Positions 1 through 7,687 of a DNA stretch of 64,000 nucleotides are shown here, one piece after another (positions within the stretch are counted from its first letter, which is position 1; every line of letters begins with the position of its first letter). A model generated the notes under the pieces. It worked only from the letters and a program-made list of their open reading frames with translations, ran no database searches and was not told where the DNA came from. The translations under genes were made by a program, and so were the position numbers. The DNA is taken from contig JBCCQA010000017.1 in the NCBI GenBank assembly GCA_039024635.1, forward strand, positions 23,624-87,623. The letters run 5' to 3'. This DNA is from Myxococcota bacterium. GTDB taxonomy: Bacteria; Myxococcota; Kuafuiibacteriia; Kuafuiibacteriales; Kuafuiibacteriaceae.

Positions 1-1578
1 TGACCAAAGTATTTGGGAGTCACTGGTCGGAAGCCTACATGCAGAGCTTTCTCTTCCCTCGACGGACGCGACCGACCAGCGATCACTAGCTTCCACGGAG
101 GCTTCAGATGAATCAATGATGGGCTGAGCTCGCTCGAGGAGGTCCGCGAGAGCGGCTCGTGCGGTCGTCGTCACCTGACTCCAGCTCTCAAAGCGGTCGC
201 TCTGAGACGCCTCCATTAGCCTTCGTATGAATTGCTTCATCGCGGAGGGAAGGACGGGCGTCGTGTGGCTACGCTGGGATCTCTCGAGTCCTGGACTTGA
301 GATCACCAAAGTCCAAGCGTCTTCGGGTGCCTTACCTGTCAGCGCGTAGAGCAGGGTTGCGCCGAGTGAGTACATGTCCGAGCGCTCATTCGATCTCTGA
401 GGGGCCGACGTTGTCTCGGGTGCCTGATAGCCAGCGTCGTTGGCATCAGCGGACGTGGAGATAGAGCCCAACGCGAAATCCGTCACCTGGCTGCGCCCGT
501 CTTTCCGAACCATCACGGTGTGAGGACACAGAGCTCGATGGATGACACCCTTCTCACAGGCGGCAGCTAGGCCGTTTGCCACATCCAGGGCGAGTTCGAG
601 AGCACGACGCACCGGCAGCGGACCACTCGCTTCGACCAGCTCGGCAAGCGATAGGATAGCGACGTGCTCGAAAACGAGCATGGAAGGCTTGCTGTCGGCA
701 TCCAGGACACGAACGATGTTGGGATGATCAAGCGACGCTAGTCGTCTCATCTCCTCCAAGCACCGAGACGGGGTCTCATCAATTCCCTTGAAGATCTTCA
801 CCGCTACCGTCATCGCCAGCGACTCGTGGAAAGAGCGAAAGGTCACAGAGGCGGCGGTCTCGCGCATTAGCTCCTGGAGCGTAAAGCGACCTATCCGCTC
901 ACCTGGGCCAAAACGACGTAAGGTGGACTCTTCCCTTGAACGATTCGCTTCTAGGGAAAAATCAGCCTGCATCCTCTCGCCAGAAAGCCTATTGCCAGCA
1001 GCGGTCTTTGAGGAAGAAACCACCGCGTAGTTCGTATCCGCGTCCGATATCATAGTCGACCAACGCTGGGCCCGGGACTTCGCCTTCTTGATAGGTCGAG
1101 GCTTCAGTTCGCCCTTTCGCTCTGCCTCTTCCAACTGGCGGAGTCTTGTTCGTGTAATGAGTCTTCCTTTCTCGACAAGGATCCCTCCTGTCACTGGATG
1201 TAGAATATCGCGAGTGGTGCGCTTCCCGACCAGTGGCTCAATATCCAGGACCTTGTCGATGAACTCCCCTTCCTTTAAGCCGACAACGACGTCCGGTCCA
1301 AAAACGACGACTTGACACGCGAGTCGAGAATCTGACGAAACATGCGCCAAAGTGGCTAGGGTTAGCTCCTCTCGCTTGGTCTTCGGAGAGACTGAGGTTG
1401 CTGGACCTGACAAGCGAACGTGGCAGGTAGCACACAGACCGTTTCCTCCGCAGGCCGCCAGCATTCTGCTTCCGTGGGACTGAAGGGCGTCGAGCAATCG
1501 CGACTCGGGCCCAACGTCAAGGAAGGTTGTTCGACCAGAGCCTCTTCGCAGTTCTACCGTATGTTTGACAGACGACAT
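1..1578 (-). CDS. 2Fe-2S ferredoxin-like module fused to a degenerate Hanks-type kinase (pseudokinase); 3' end outside the window
   Basis: Absent from the ORF track because it has no stop in the window. My reverse-strand translation from ATG 1578-1576 stays open to position 1 (about 526 codons). N-terminus MSSVKHTVELRRGSGRTTFLDV..AACGGNGLCATCHV..LACQ gives C-x5-C-x2-C-x35-C (adrenodoxin-type ligand spacing). The kinase-like part keeps VAVKI, YQAPE and SDMYSLG. It reads HRALCPHT instead of HRDxKxxN, DFA instead of DFG, and has no G-x-G-x-x-G loop. Confidence 0.8.
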   Translation of the reverse strand, partial: MSSVKHTVELRRGSGRTTFLDVGPESRLLDALQSHGSRMLAACGGNGLCATCHVRLSGPATSVSPKTKREELTLATLAHVSSDSRLACQVVVFGPDVVVGLKEGEFIDKVLDIEPLVGKRTTRDILHPVTGGILVEKGRLITRTRLRQLEEAERKGELKPRPIKKAKSRAQRWSTMISDADTNYAVVSSSKTAAGNRLSGERMQADFSLEANRSREESTLRRFGPGERIGRFTLQELMRETAASVTFRSFHESLAMTVAVKIFKGIDETPSRCLEEMRRLASLDHPNIVRVLDADSKPSMLVFEHVAILSLAELVEASGPLPVRRALELALDVANGLAAACEKGVIHRALCPHTVMVRKDGRSQVTDFALGSISTSADANDAGYQAPETTSAPQRSNERSDMYSLGATLLYALTGKAPEDAWTLVISSPGLERSQRSHTTPVLPSAMKQFIRRLMEASQSDRFESWSQVTTTARAALADLLERAQPIIDSSEASVEASDRWSVASVEGRESSACRLPTSDSQILWS

Positions 1579-1593
1579 GGATCCGAACTCTCG

Positions 1594-2577
1594 CTAGCCA
1601 AGGTCCGCCAGCTCATCCAAACGGAGCATTTCTTCCCTCGCCCAACGAGAGCCATGTACTTTCTTCAGTGCAAGCAACTCGTCCCGGGCTTCGGCGCAGT
1701 CTCGGAACCTGTCCCTTGGGTTCTTTGCGAGACCTCGAAGTATGAACGTCGAGAGATCAGCCAGACAAGGACGACCCGGATGAGCGGCTTCGAGTGAGGA
1801 GCAGACTCCGTTCATATGGCCAACGAGAAGTTCACTACCTTGACCTCCAAAGGGCATGACGCCGGTGGCGGCCTCGTAGAGGAGGACGCAAACTGCGTAG
1901 AGATCCGATTGAGGCGTGGCTCCGCTGCCCGCGATCTGTTCCGGCGGCATATACGCTGGCGTACCAAGAACCCAACCTGTCCGAGTGGCTCGTTCTGAGT
2001 GGACAACGCTGTCCCGACCGCGAACTCCCAGAGCCAGGCCGAAGTCGAACAGGACGACCTTGAGCCGGGGCACCATACGAATGGAGATATTGGCCGGCTT
2101 GATGTCGCGATGAACCCACCCGCTCTGATGAACCGCGGTGCACGCGGACAGGAGTTGAAGACCGATCGTGACGAGATCCTGGATGGCAAGACTACCCATC
2201 CTGAGAAGAACATCCTCCAGTGTGAGCTCCGCTAGTCGCTCAAGCACAAGAACCTTTCGACCGTCTACCAGGTCAAGTTCGTCCAGGAGCTGCACGACGT
2301 GAGGGTGCTCTATGGAGCTCAGCGCCTCTACTTCTCTTTCGAACCTGAAGGTACCCGAGATTGAGCTCCCTTGTTCCACGGGTAGCTGGATCTTAAGAAC
2401 AACGGGTCTTCCGGAGACCCGATCAAAGGCCTCGATCGCGTCTGAAGAACCGCCACAACCGATAACCCTCTTGACGTCAAACCGGCGAGAAAGCTGTCTT
2501 GGTAGCCCTGCTCCGGAGGAGTCCCGCCTTCTAGGAGCTCGCGGCCAGAGCGACTCGGGGACCTGCTGATTTACCAT
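1594..2577 (-). CDS. Ser/Thr protein kinase (Hanks-type), catalytic motifs intact
   Basis: ORF 1594..2655. Motifs IGCGGSSDAIEAF, VVLKI, HRDIKPANI, DFGLA, GTPAYMPPE. ATG at 2577 (MVNQQ..) preferred over GTG at 2655, which would overlap the upstream gene by 125 nt. Confidence 0.85.
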   Translation of the reverse strand: MVNQQVPESLWPRAPRRRDSSGAGLPRQLSRRFDVKRVIGCGGSSDAIEAFDRVSGRPVVLKIQLPVEQGSSISGTFRFEREVEALSSIEHPHVVQLLDELDLVDGRKVLVLERLAELTLEDVLLRMGSLAIQDLVTIGLQLLSACTAVHQSGWVHRDIKPANISIRMVPRLKVVLFDFGLALGVRGRDSVVHSERATRTGWVLGTPAYMPPEQIAGSGATPQSDLYAVCVLLYEAATGVMPFGGQGSELLVGHMNGVCSSLEAAHPGRPCLADLSTFILRGLAKNPRDRFRDCAEARDELLALKKVHGSRWAREEMLRLDELADLG

Positions 2578-3166
2578 GGGCTTCAAGCTCCTCAAAAATC
2601 GAACGGCTGTGAACAAACGACTTGTTTGCCTCACGAATAAGCTTGTCTTCGACACTCTCCAGCTCCGGCCGATTTAACCAGTCCGAAAGCCTACCGCGGA
2701 TCTTCTTCGAGCTTCCTATCTCCCCGAAGTCGAAGAAGCTCCAGGTCTTCTTTTCAGACCAGCCGGCCTGCGCTCGCCGTAGAATGACCGCGCCCCCGGT
2801 CACATCTCCGAAGTAGCGGACGTAGGCGTGGCCAAGAACGAAGAGAGGGCTGCGCTCTGCGGCCGATTCGATAGCTGTCGCGTACTCCAGGGAGGCCTCA
2901 CCAATCTTCAATCGCCTGCCTTTGAGGTCTTGCCGAAGTCGGGATGCTCGATGGAGACGCCAATCGCTGAACGGGCCGAATAAGCCGCTTGATAGAACGC
3001 TCTCCATGGCATCGTATACCGGCAGAAGCTGAGCCATGTAGTGGCTAAACTCGTCCAGTGAGACTTCACTTGCGAGAAGCCGCCGGGCAAATCGAGTGCC
3101 CTCGATGCTTCGGTGAGCGTCATCGGTTGAGTCTCGAAGACTAGCTGTCAGGAATGGCTGTTTCAT
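2531..3166 (-). CDS. Haem oxygenase (HO-1/HmuO/BphO family)
   Basis: 211 aa. LRDSTDDAHRSIE matches the proximal-His helix signature (L-x-x-A/S-T-x-x-x-H-x-x-x-E). GHAYVRYFGDVTGG matches the distal-helix signature AHAYTRYLGDLSGG. Confidence 0.8.
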   Translation of the reverse strand: MKQPFLTASLRDSTDDAHRSIEGTRFARRLLASEVSLDEFSHYMAQLLPVYDAMESVLSSGLFGPFSDWRLHRASRLRQDLKGRRLKIGEASLEYATAIESAAERSPLFVLGHAYVRYFGDVTGGAVILRRAQAGWSEKKTWSFFDFGEIGSSKKIRGRLSDWLNRPELESVEDKLIREANKSFVHSRSIFEELEAHGKSAGPRVALAASS

Positions 3167-3821
3167 TCAGTTGATCCTCCTTAGTAATGTTCGAGTCTAG
3201 CTTTGAGAAGACTCCGTCGAGATCAGCAACCAGGTCGGAAGTCCCTGCCGCGAATAGGTCGGATACAGGAGCTACATTCGAGGTCTGGAGACCGGCTAAG
3301 GAGCGCTGCAGATGCCGCACGGCCGCTACGGCTGCTCGGCGATTTCGCACCTCCGCCCAGAGAGCCTCTTTCAGGCGTCGACTGGCCTCTCGAAGGTCGT
3401 TGCTGCCCGACTCGGTCGAGAGCGCTTCGAGGGCTCGCTTCTGACTCAGCATCTCCGCTCGAAGCTCGATGATGGTCTGTTCCTTGATCTGCAGAGCGGC
3501 CATCAACTTCTCAATGCTCGGGCTCTCGGTATCTCTTGGTTCCCCTCTAGCATCGGACTCAACGGGCTTGGGTGGCGCGAGCTGCAGAGCGCCGCTGTGG
3601 GCCAAGATATCGCCGACTGAGTCTTTGAGGTAGCCTCGTGCTACCGCCTTGAGACGATTGCACGTTGCAGAGTCAAAGATGCCGCTTTCAGTAATGGAGC
3701 GGTCGGGATCGTCTACGTACTTCTGGCAGGCTAGCTCGATCGTCTTAGAGAGCTCAGGATGACCTCCTTCGTTGTCAGAGAGGTGGGCTTTGAGCATCCG
3801 ATAGACAACATCAGATTTCAT
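3141..3821 (-). CDS. Hypothetical protein, N-terminal globular part plus long coiled-coil-like region
   Basis: 226-aa ORF. ATG at 3821 lies 3 nt after the stop of the upstream gene. Heptad-like stretch IEKLMAALQIKEQTIIELRAEMLSQKRALEAL. No family recognised. Confidence 0.6.
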   Translation of the reverse strand: MKSDVVYRMLKAHLSDNEGGHPELSKTIELACQKYVDDPDRSITESGIFDSATCNRLKAVARGYLKDSVGDILAHSGALQLAPPKPVESDARGEPRDTESPSIEKLMAALQIKEQTIIELRAEMLSQKRALEALSTESGSNDLREASRRLKEALWAEVRNRRAAVAAVRHLQRSLAGLQTSNVAPVSDLFAAGTSDLVADLDGVFSKLDSNITKEDQLNETAIPDS

Positions 3822-3824
3822 TTC

Positions 3825-4742
3825 TCAGACTCCGAATGCGAATAGGATGCCCGCGATGGCTAGCGCAGCACTTGCTAGCCCGAGAACCACCGCATGCCGA
3901 TTCCTACGCGGCTCAATTGGTACTTCTGTCGCCTCCACAGTCAGAGACTGAGGCGAAACCGGGGAGTCACTGATGACATGATTCACTCGCATCTGCTCTC
4001 GTGTCGCCGTCTCCCACTGAACATCGACGCGGAGACCCTTCATAGAAGGTCGATGCACTGGTTGAGGGACTACCGGAATAGGAGGAGAAACGGTCAGCGA
4101 AGGAGGCGGCACCACCGGAACGCCGTACTTCGAAGCCTGGGTTTCTTGAAATGAGCAAAGTCCTTGCCATCTCTGATAGACCTCGACGCAAGCAGTCTGG
4201 AGGGTCTTTTGTGACGTGCTTTCCGACAAAGCGCCGATCGGTTCACATGCAAGAAGCGACTCAATGAAGAGTCGCATCGCGTCGAAGGTCGGGTCCTCAT
4301 GATTCGCGTCTACGAGCATGAAGCCAAGCCTCACTAGTTCCGGGTGGTGTTCGTAGAGCTCAGCCAGGCGGGGTGCCATTTTGATGAAAGACTCCAGGTG
4401 CAGCATGGAGATCAGTACTAGAATTGAAGCTTGAGGTGATGATGCAATAGCCCTGAGCTTTCCAAGATCATCACAGGGGACGATCCGCACCTCACGATCG
4501 TCTTGTGCCATGAACTCGAGGCTTCCGCTCTCGTAGGACAGGTCCGGTTCCGATTGGTACTGACTCCGCAGGGGATCATCCTTGATGGAGCTTGCAGCCA
4601 TTAGATGCGTGAGGCCGCTTTGCGAGCACAAATCAAGCAGCCGAACCCGCTTGCCGGTATCTCGAGCTACGCGAGAAAGGGCAAAGGCTACAGTTCCGAC
4701 TGCAGCTGGCGCCCCTACATGGGCTATGACTATCGTGCTCAT
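3825..4742 (-). CDS. ParA/MinD-fold protein with degenerate Walker A, Pro-rich linker and C-terminal TM anchor
   Basis: MSTIVIAHVGAPAAVGTVAFALSRVARDTGKRVRLLDL resembles the deviant Walker A region (KGGxGKT) but lacks both lysines. C-terminus HAVVLGLASAALAIAGILFAFGV is hydrophobic. ATG 4742 overlaps the upstream stop (ATGA). Confidence 0.5.
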   Translation of the reverse strand: MSTIVIAHVGAPAAVGTVAFALSRVARDTGKRVRLLDLCSQSGLTHLMAASSIKDDPLRSQYQSEPDLSYESGSLEFMAQDDREVRIVPCDDLGKLRAIASSPQASILVLISMLHLESFIKMAPRLAELYEHHPELVRLGFMLVDANHEDPTFDAMRLFIESLLACEPIGALSESTSQKTLQTACVEVYQRWQGLCSFQETQASKYGVPVVPPPSLTVSPPIPVVPQPVHRPSMKGLRVDVQWETATREQMRVNHVISDSPVSPQSLTVEATEVPIEPRRNRHAVVLGLASAALAIAGILFAFGV

Positions 4743-4939
4743 GGTCCATCCCACTTGAACGTGTCGAATACAGCAAGCTTCTCCACCTCCGCCGAAGGTG
4801 AGGATGCCTGGCTCGCCACCGATTCGGTGTCCGGACCCTCGTGGCCAAGCTCGCGAACAAGCTCTGCCGGATCAGGGCGCTTGGCATCCATGAGATCGTG
4901 CATCCAGTTGACACACTCTATGATCGAACCGGAGCTCAT
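4739..4939 (-). CDS. Small hypothetical protein (66 aa)
   Basis: ORF whose ATG (4939) overlaps the kinase stop and whose TGA overlaps the next ATG, both as ATGA. Supported only by this coupling. No family recognised. Confidence 0.4.
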   Translation of the reverse strand: MSSGSIIECVNWMHDLMDAKRPDPAELVRELGHEGPDTESVASQASSPSAEVEKLAVFDTFKWDGP

Positions 4940-6345
4940 AGCTCTTGGTCTCCAATAGGAACGGCCGGGAAGCTGAGTATCTCGAGCTCACCGTTTGCGT
5001 CGGCTCTGAGCTCGATTCCATCTGGAGGGATGGGCAGGACCCTTGGGAAGCCATCCGCACCGGCGAGCCATCGAACGACAGAAACGACTTCGCTGAACTC
5101 TCCCCCATCGAGAACTAGTTGGCCGAATTCGACAGCGAACAAAGGGAGTCGAGTCTCCCGCACGGCCGTCTCGACGCGGCCGCCTTCATGGAGCCTCATG
5201 GCTACGTGCCTGGTTCCAAGTGGTTCCCATAAAAGAAGCTCTCGAGCAGAGAGCCAGCTCGAGCGCAGCGGAAGGTCGAGGAGGCTCGTAAACTCGTGTA
5301 TTGGCGAGGAGCCTTCAAAGTTCTGTACAGAGCAGCTTTGAACCCAGCCAATCTCTGCTCCGTGGGTCGCGACAATAGCGCTTCGATCGGGAGAAACAGC
5401 GAGGTAGCGCAGGTTCCTGTCGTCGGCTCGTAGCGTTTCTCTGTGGCATGAGCCAAGACGCCGAACCCGTCGACGCTCGCTTATGACGACCTCATCTCTG
5501 CATACATCCAACAAACGAAGTGGTTGAGCGGAGAGCCTCCAGCTAGCTTGGTCTGCGCCCAGCCATTGGACGCCGTCTCGATGCATGAACCAAGCCCAAT
5601 CCGCGCCGAACGAGAAGTCCTCAGCATCGAGCATCGAAGCCACCCAGTCTAGATCTGGGAGACGACGGCTCGGGGCTCCACTGAGAAGGCAAGCGAGCAA
5701 ACCGTCGAGTCCCGAAGACCAACGATGGTGTCGTGCGAACCTGCTACGCTCGGAGGGCAGGGGGAAGGAGCCGTTGCGCGCTTCTAATCCTACCACACCC
5801 AGCGAGTAGGCGTCGGACTGACGGAGGCCGCAGTGCCACAGCCGTTCTGGTGCCAGGTACTCGAGTGAGCCCTCGAACCGACGATGCACGGATGTGTACT
5901 CGCTTGAAGCGGCTGATCCGAGATCGGCGAGCCGCCAGTCGAGCCCCACATCTCTTCGAAAAACAAGGATGTTCTCGGGCTTCACATCTCGATGAAGCCA
6001 ACCCCATTGGTGAATGCGACCAAGCGCCAATGCAATGCCCCGGACAAGTGAATCAAGGTCCGAGTCCGCGAGCCGCCTTTGGAGAAGGACGCGCCTCAAT
6101 GATCCGTCCGACGCGATTGGCATTGCGAAGTACCAGCATTGCGAAGACTGGTCGAAGCCCACGTCGAGGACCCGTGGGGTTCCGTCTCCATCCAAGGCAA
6201 GCAGAGCATTGACCTCGCTCCACCACTTTGGTCCTGTGCACATCTTGACGGCGACGGGGTCTTCGTTCCAACCCCTCCTGGCAGCTACGACTGTTCCTTG
6301 CGCGCCGCTGCCCAGGCTACGCTCGAAGTGTGCGTATCGGTCCAT
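4936..6345 (-). CDS. Ser/Thr protein kinase with about 200-aa C-terminal domain of unknown function
   Basis: ORF 4936..6480. LGSGAQGTVVAA, VAVKM, HRDVKPENILV, DLGSA (DFG variant), LEYLAPE. ATG at 6345 (MDRYAHFERSLGSG) sits 2 nt after the upstream stop and is preferred. Confidence 0.85.
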   Translation of the reverse strand: MDRYAHFERSLGSGAQGTVVAARRGWNEDPVAVKMCTGPKWWSEVNALLALDGDGTPRVLDVGFDQSSQCWYFAMPIASDGSLRRVLLQRRLADSDLDSLVRGIALALGRIHQWGWLHRDVKPENILVFRRDVGLDWRLADLGSAASSEYTSVHRRFEGSLEYLAPERLWHCGLRQSDAYSLGVVGLEARNGSFPLPSERSRFARHHRWSSGLDGLLACLLSGAPSRRLPDLDWVASMLDAEDFSFGADWAWFMHRDGVQWLGADQASWRLSAQPLRLLDVCRDEVVISERRRVRRLGSCHRETLRADDRNLRYLAVSPDRSAIVATHGAEIGWVQSCSVQNFEGSSPIHEFTSLLDLPLRSSWLSARELLLWEPLGTRHVAMRLHEGGRVETAVRETRLPLFAVEFGQLVLDGGEFSEVVSVVRWLAGADGFPRVLPIPPDGIELRADANGELEILSFPAVPIGDQEL

Positions 6346-6347
6346 TT

Positions 6348-6965
6348 CTAGTTGAGGAGCTCCGCGAGGATCTCGGCGTGAGAGCGGCTTGCTTCCCTCG
6401 AACGGCGAACGCCCTCTAGCACTTGCTCCGAGCCGCAGATGAACTTGCCCTTCCCGCATCCAGGAGCGGTCTGCAAACACCCAAGCCCTCCGACGGCAAA
6501 CTGCCCGAGAAAGCCCTCTAGCATGCCTTCGGCGAGAGGATCGAGGTCACTCATCTCGGAAGCATAGGCTTCGCCAATTCCGTCTGAGAGTTGGACTTCG
6601 AAAAAGCCGGAGGATGCGTGTTCCCATCGGAACACGAGTTCTCCTAGTCCGCTTCCTTTCCAAAGGTCCCGTATGAGTGCGTCCAGCTCTGCCATGGTTC
6701 GCTCTCTGATTCCAACCGAGTCGGCAGTGCCGAGCTCGTCCTCGAACCGTCGAGCAAGACGACTGCCGTATCGTACGCCGCACTGTCTGAGCACAGATGC
6801 TGAGGCATCGCCGAGTTCAAAGCGCAGGGCAGAGACGAATCCGATTAGCCATGAAGAATCAACTGCGATTAGACGCGTATTTCCAGCGCTTCTGAGAACA
6901 CCGCGAGCGGCTTCGAATCGAAGATAGGATGATCGCGAGAAGTGATTGAGGTCCACACGCGTCAT
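6348..6965 (-). CDS. V4R-like (4-vinyl reductase/BchJ-type) small-molecule-binding domain protein, divergent
   Basis: RLIAVDSSWLIGFVSALRFELGDASASVLRQCGVRYGSRLARRF mirrors the N-terminal V4R pattern seen in the paralogue at 7687-8349. C-terminal GCLQTAPGCGKGKFICGS is Cys-rich but departs from E-x-x-C-x3-G-x3-C-x-F. ATG 6965 overlaps the upstream stop (ATGA). Confidence 0.55.
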   Translation of the reverse strand: MTRVDLNHFSRSSYLRFEAARGVLRSAGNTRLIAVDSSWLIGFVSALRFELGDASASVLRQCGVRYGSRLARRFEDELGTADSVGIRERTMAELDALIRDLWKGSGLGELVFRWEHASSGFFEVQLSDGIGEAYASEMSDLDPLAEGMLEGFLGQFAVGGLGCLQTAPGCGKGKFICGSEQVLEGVRRSREASRSHAEILAELLN

Positions 6966-7447
6966 GCTGCGCGCTCCCGCTCCCCCAAGACCTCGACACA
7001 ATCCTTGAGGTATGGTTCCAGGAGGCCAAAGGCTTCTGCCGAGAGCTGCTTTTCACAGGTCGTGAGCAGACTCGAGTAGGAATCCTTCACGAATTCCTGC
7101 GACAGACCGATTCCTTCGAGAATCGTCTTTAGCCAAAGGAGAAGGTTGTCCCTAAGGAAGAGCCGATCGTCCTTCACCATGGCGAGCACGCAGTATCGAA
7201 GAACAAGGCTGAGGTCTCTCTGCGCCTTCCTCTCCCCTTCCTTGTACCTCTGGGAAATGTCTGAGTATCTGGAGAGGACACTTTCCAGTACCTCGTCGAC
7301 GATCAAACCTTCACGTTGTTCGACTTCCGCGCTGGCTTTGAGCCGACCGGGAAGGCCGTCGCTGTACTGCGTCAACGACGCTGTCTCCTTAGAGGTCAGG
7401 TAGCGTCCCTCGGCTGACTGCAGCATGTTCTCAATTTGTCCGTTCAT
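6962..7447 (-). CDS. Phycobiliprotein-fold globin (allophycocyanin/phycocyanin-like), attachment Cys absent
   Basis: 161 aa, the length of an APC subunit. QSAEGRYLTSKETASLTQY..GRLKASAEVEQREGLIVDEVLESV aligns with ADAEARYLSPGELDRIKSF..RRLRIAQTLTENRERIVKQAGDQL. ERKAQRDLSLVLRYCVLAMVKDD aligns with [23 protein letters not shown]. The R-D pair is kept and the Cys position is Ala. Confidence 0.75.
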   Translation of the reverse strand: MNGQIENMLQSAEGRYLTSKETASLTQYSDGLPGRLKASAEVEQREGLIVDEVLESVLSRYSDISQRYKEGERKAQRDLSLVLRYCVLAMVKDDRLFLRDNLLLWLKTILEGIGLSQEFVKDSYSSLLTTCEKQLSAEAFGLLEPYLKDCVEVLGERERAA

Positions 7448-7453
7448 CTCTTC

Positions 7454-7687
7454 TCACTCCCAGTTGAAATCGCCAAAGATGGCTATGGTTTCGATGGATT
7501 CGCCACACGACTTGGATGGCCTTACACTTTGATTCTGACGCCTGAGTCCTACGGCGAAGAACTCCTCGACTCGATATGAACGCCAGCTCTCCGCTTCGAA
7601 CGACTCGGCCGAAGCGCTCGCTTGAGCCAGGTCACCGAACCACTGGCGCACTTCGGTTTGAGGCCAAGGCATCGCTAGCGCAGACAC
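7454..7687 (-). CDS. Small hypothetical protein (up to 77 aa)
   Basis: GTG at 7687 overlaps the stop of the upstream V4R gene. An internal ATG near 7670 is an alternative start. No family recognised. Confidence 0.4.
   Translation of the reverse strand: MSALAMPWPQTEVRQWFGDLAQASASAESFEAESWRSYRVEEFFAVGLRRQNQSVRPSKSCGESIETIAIFGDFNWE

Noticed and set aside
3141-6345. Search for a ferredoxin-dependent bilin reductase (PcyA/HY2-like) among the unknown proteins of the first operon: the 226-aa protein, the ParA-like protein and the kinase C-terminal domain.
   Set aside because: None shows the FDBR length or motif pattern as I remember it. The 226-aa protein is largely coiled coil, and the 309-aa protein is ParA-like. 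The absence is therefore recorded as a feature of the locus, pending a profile search.
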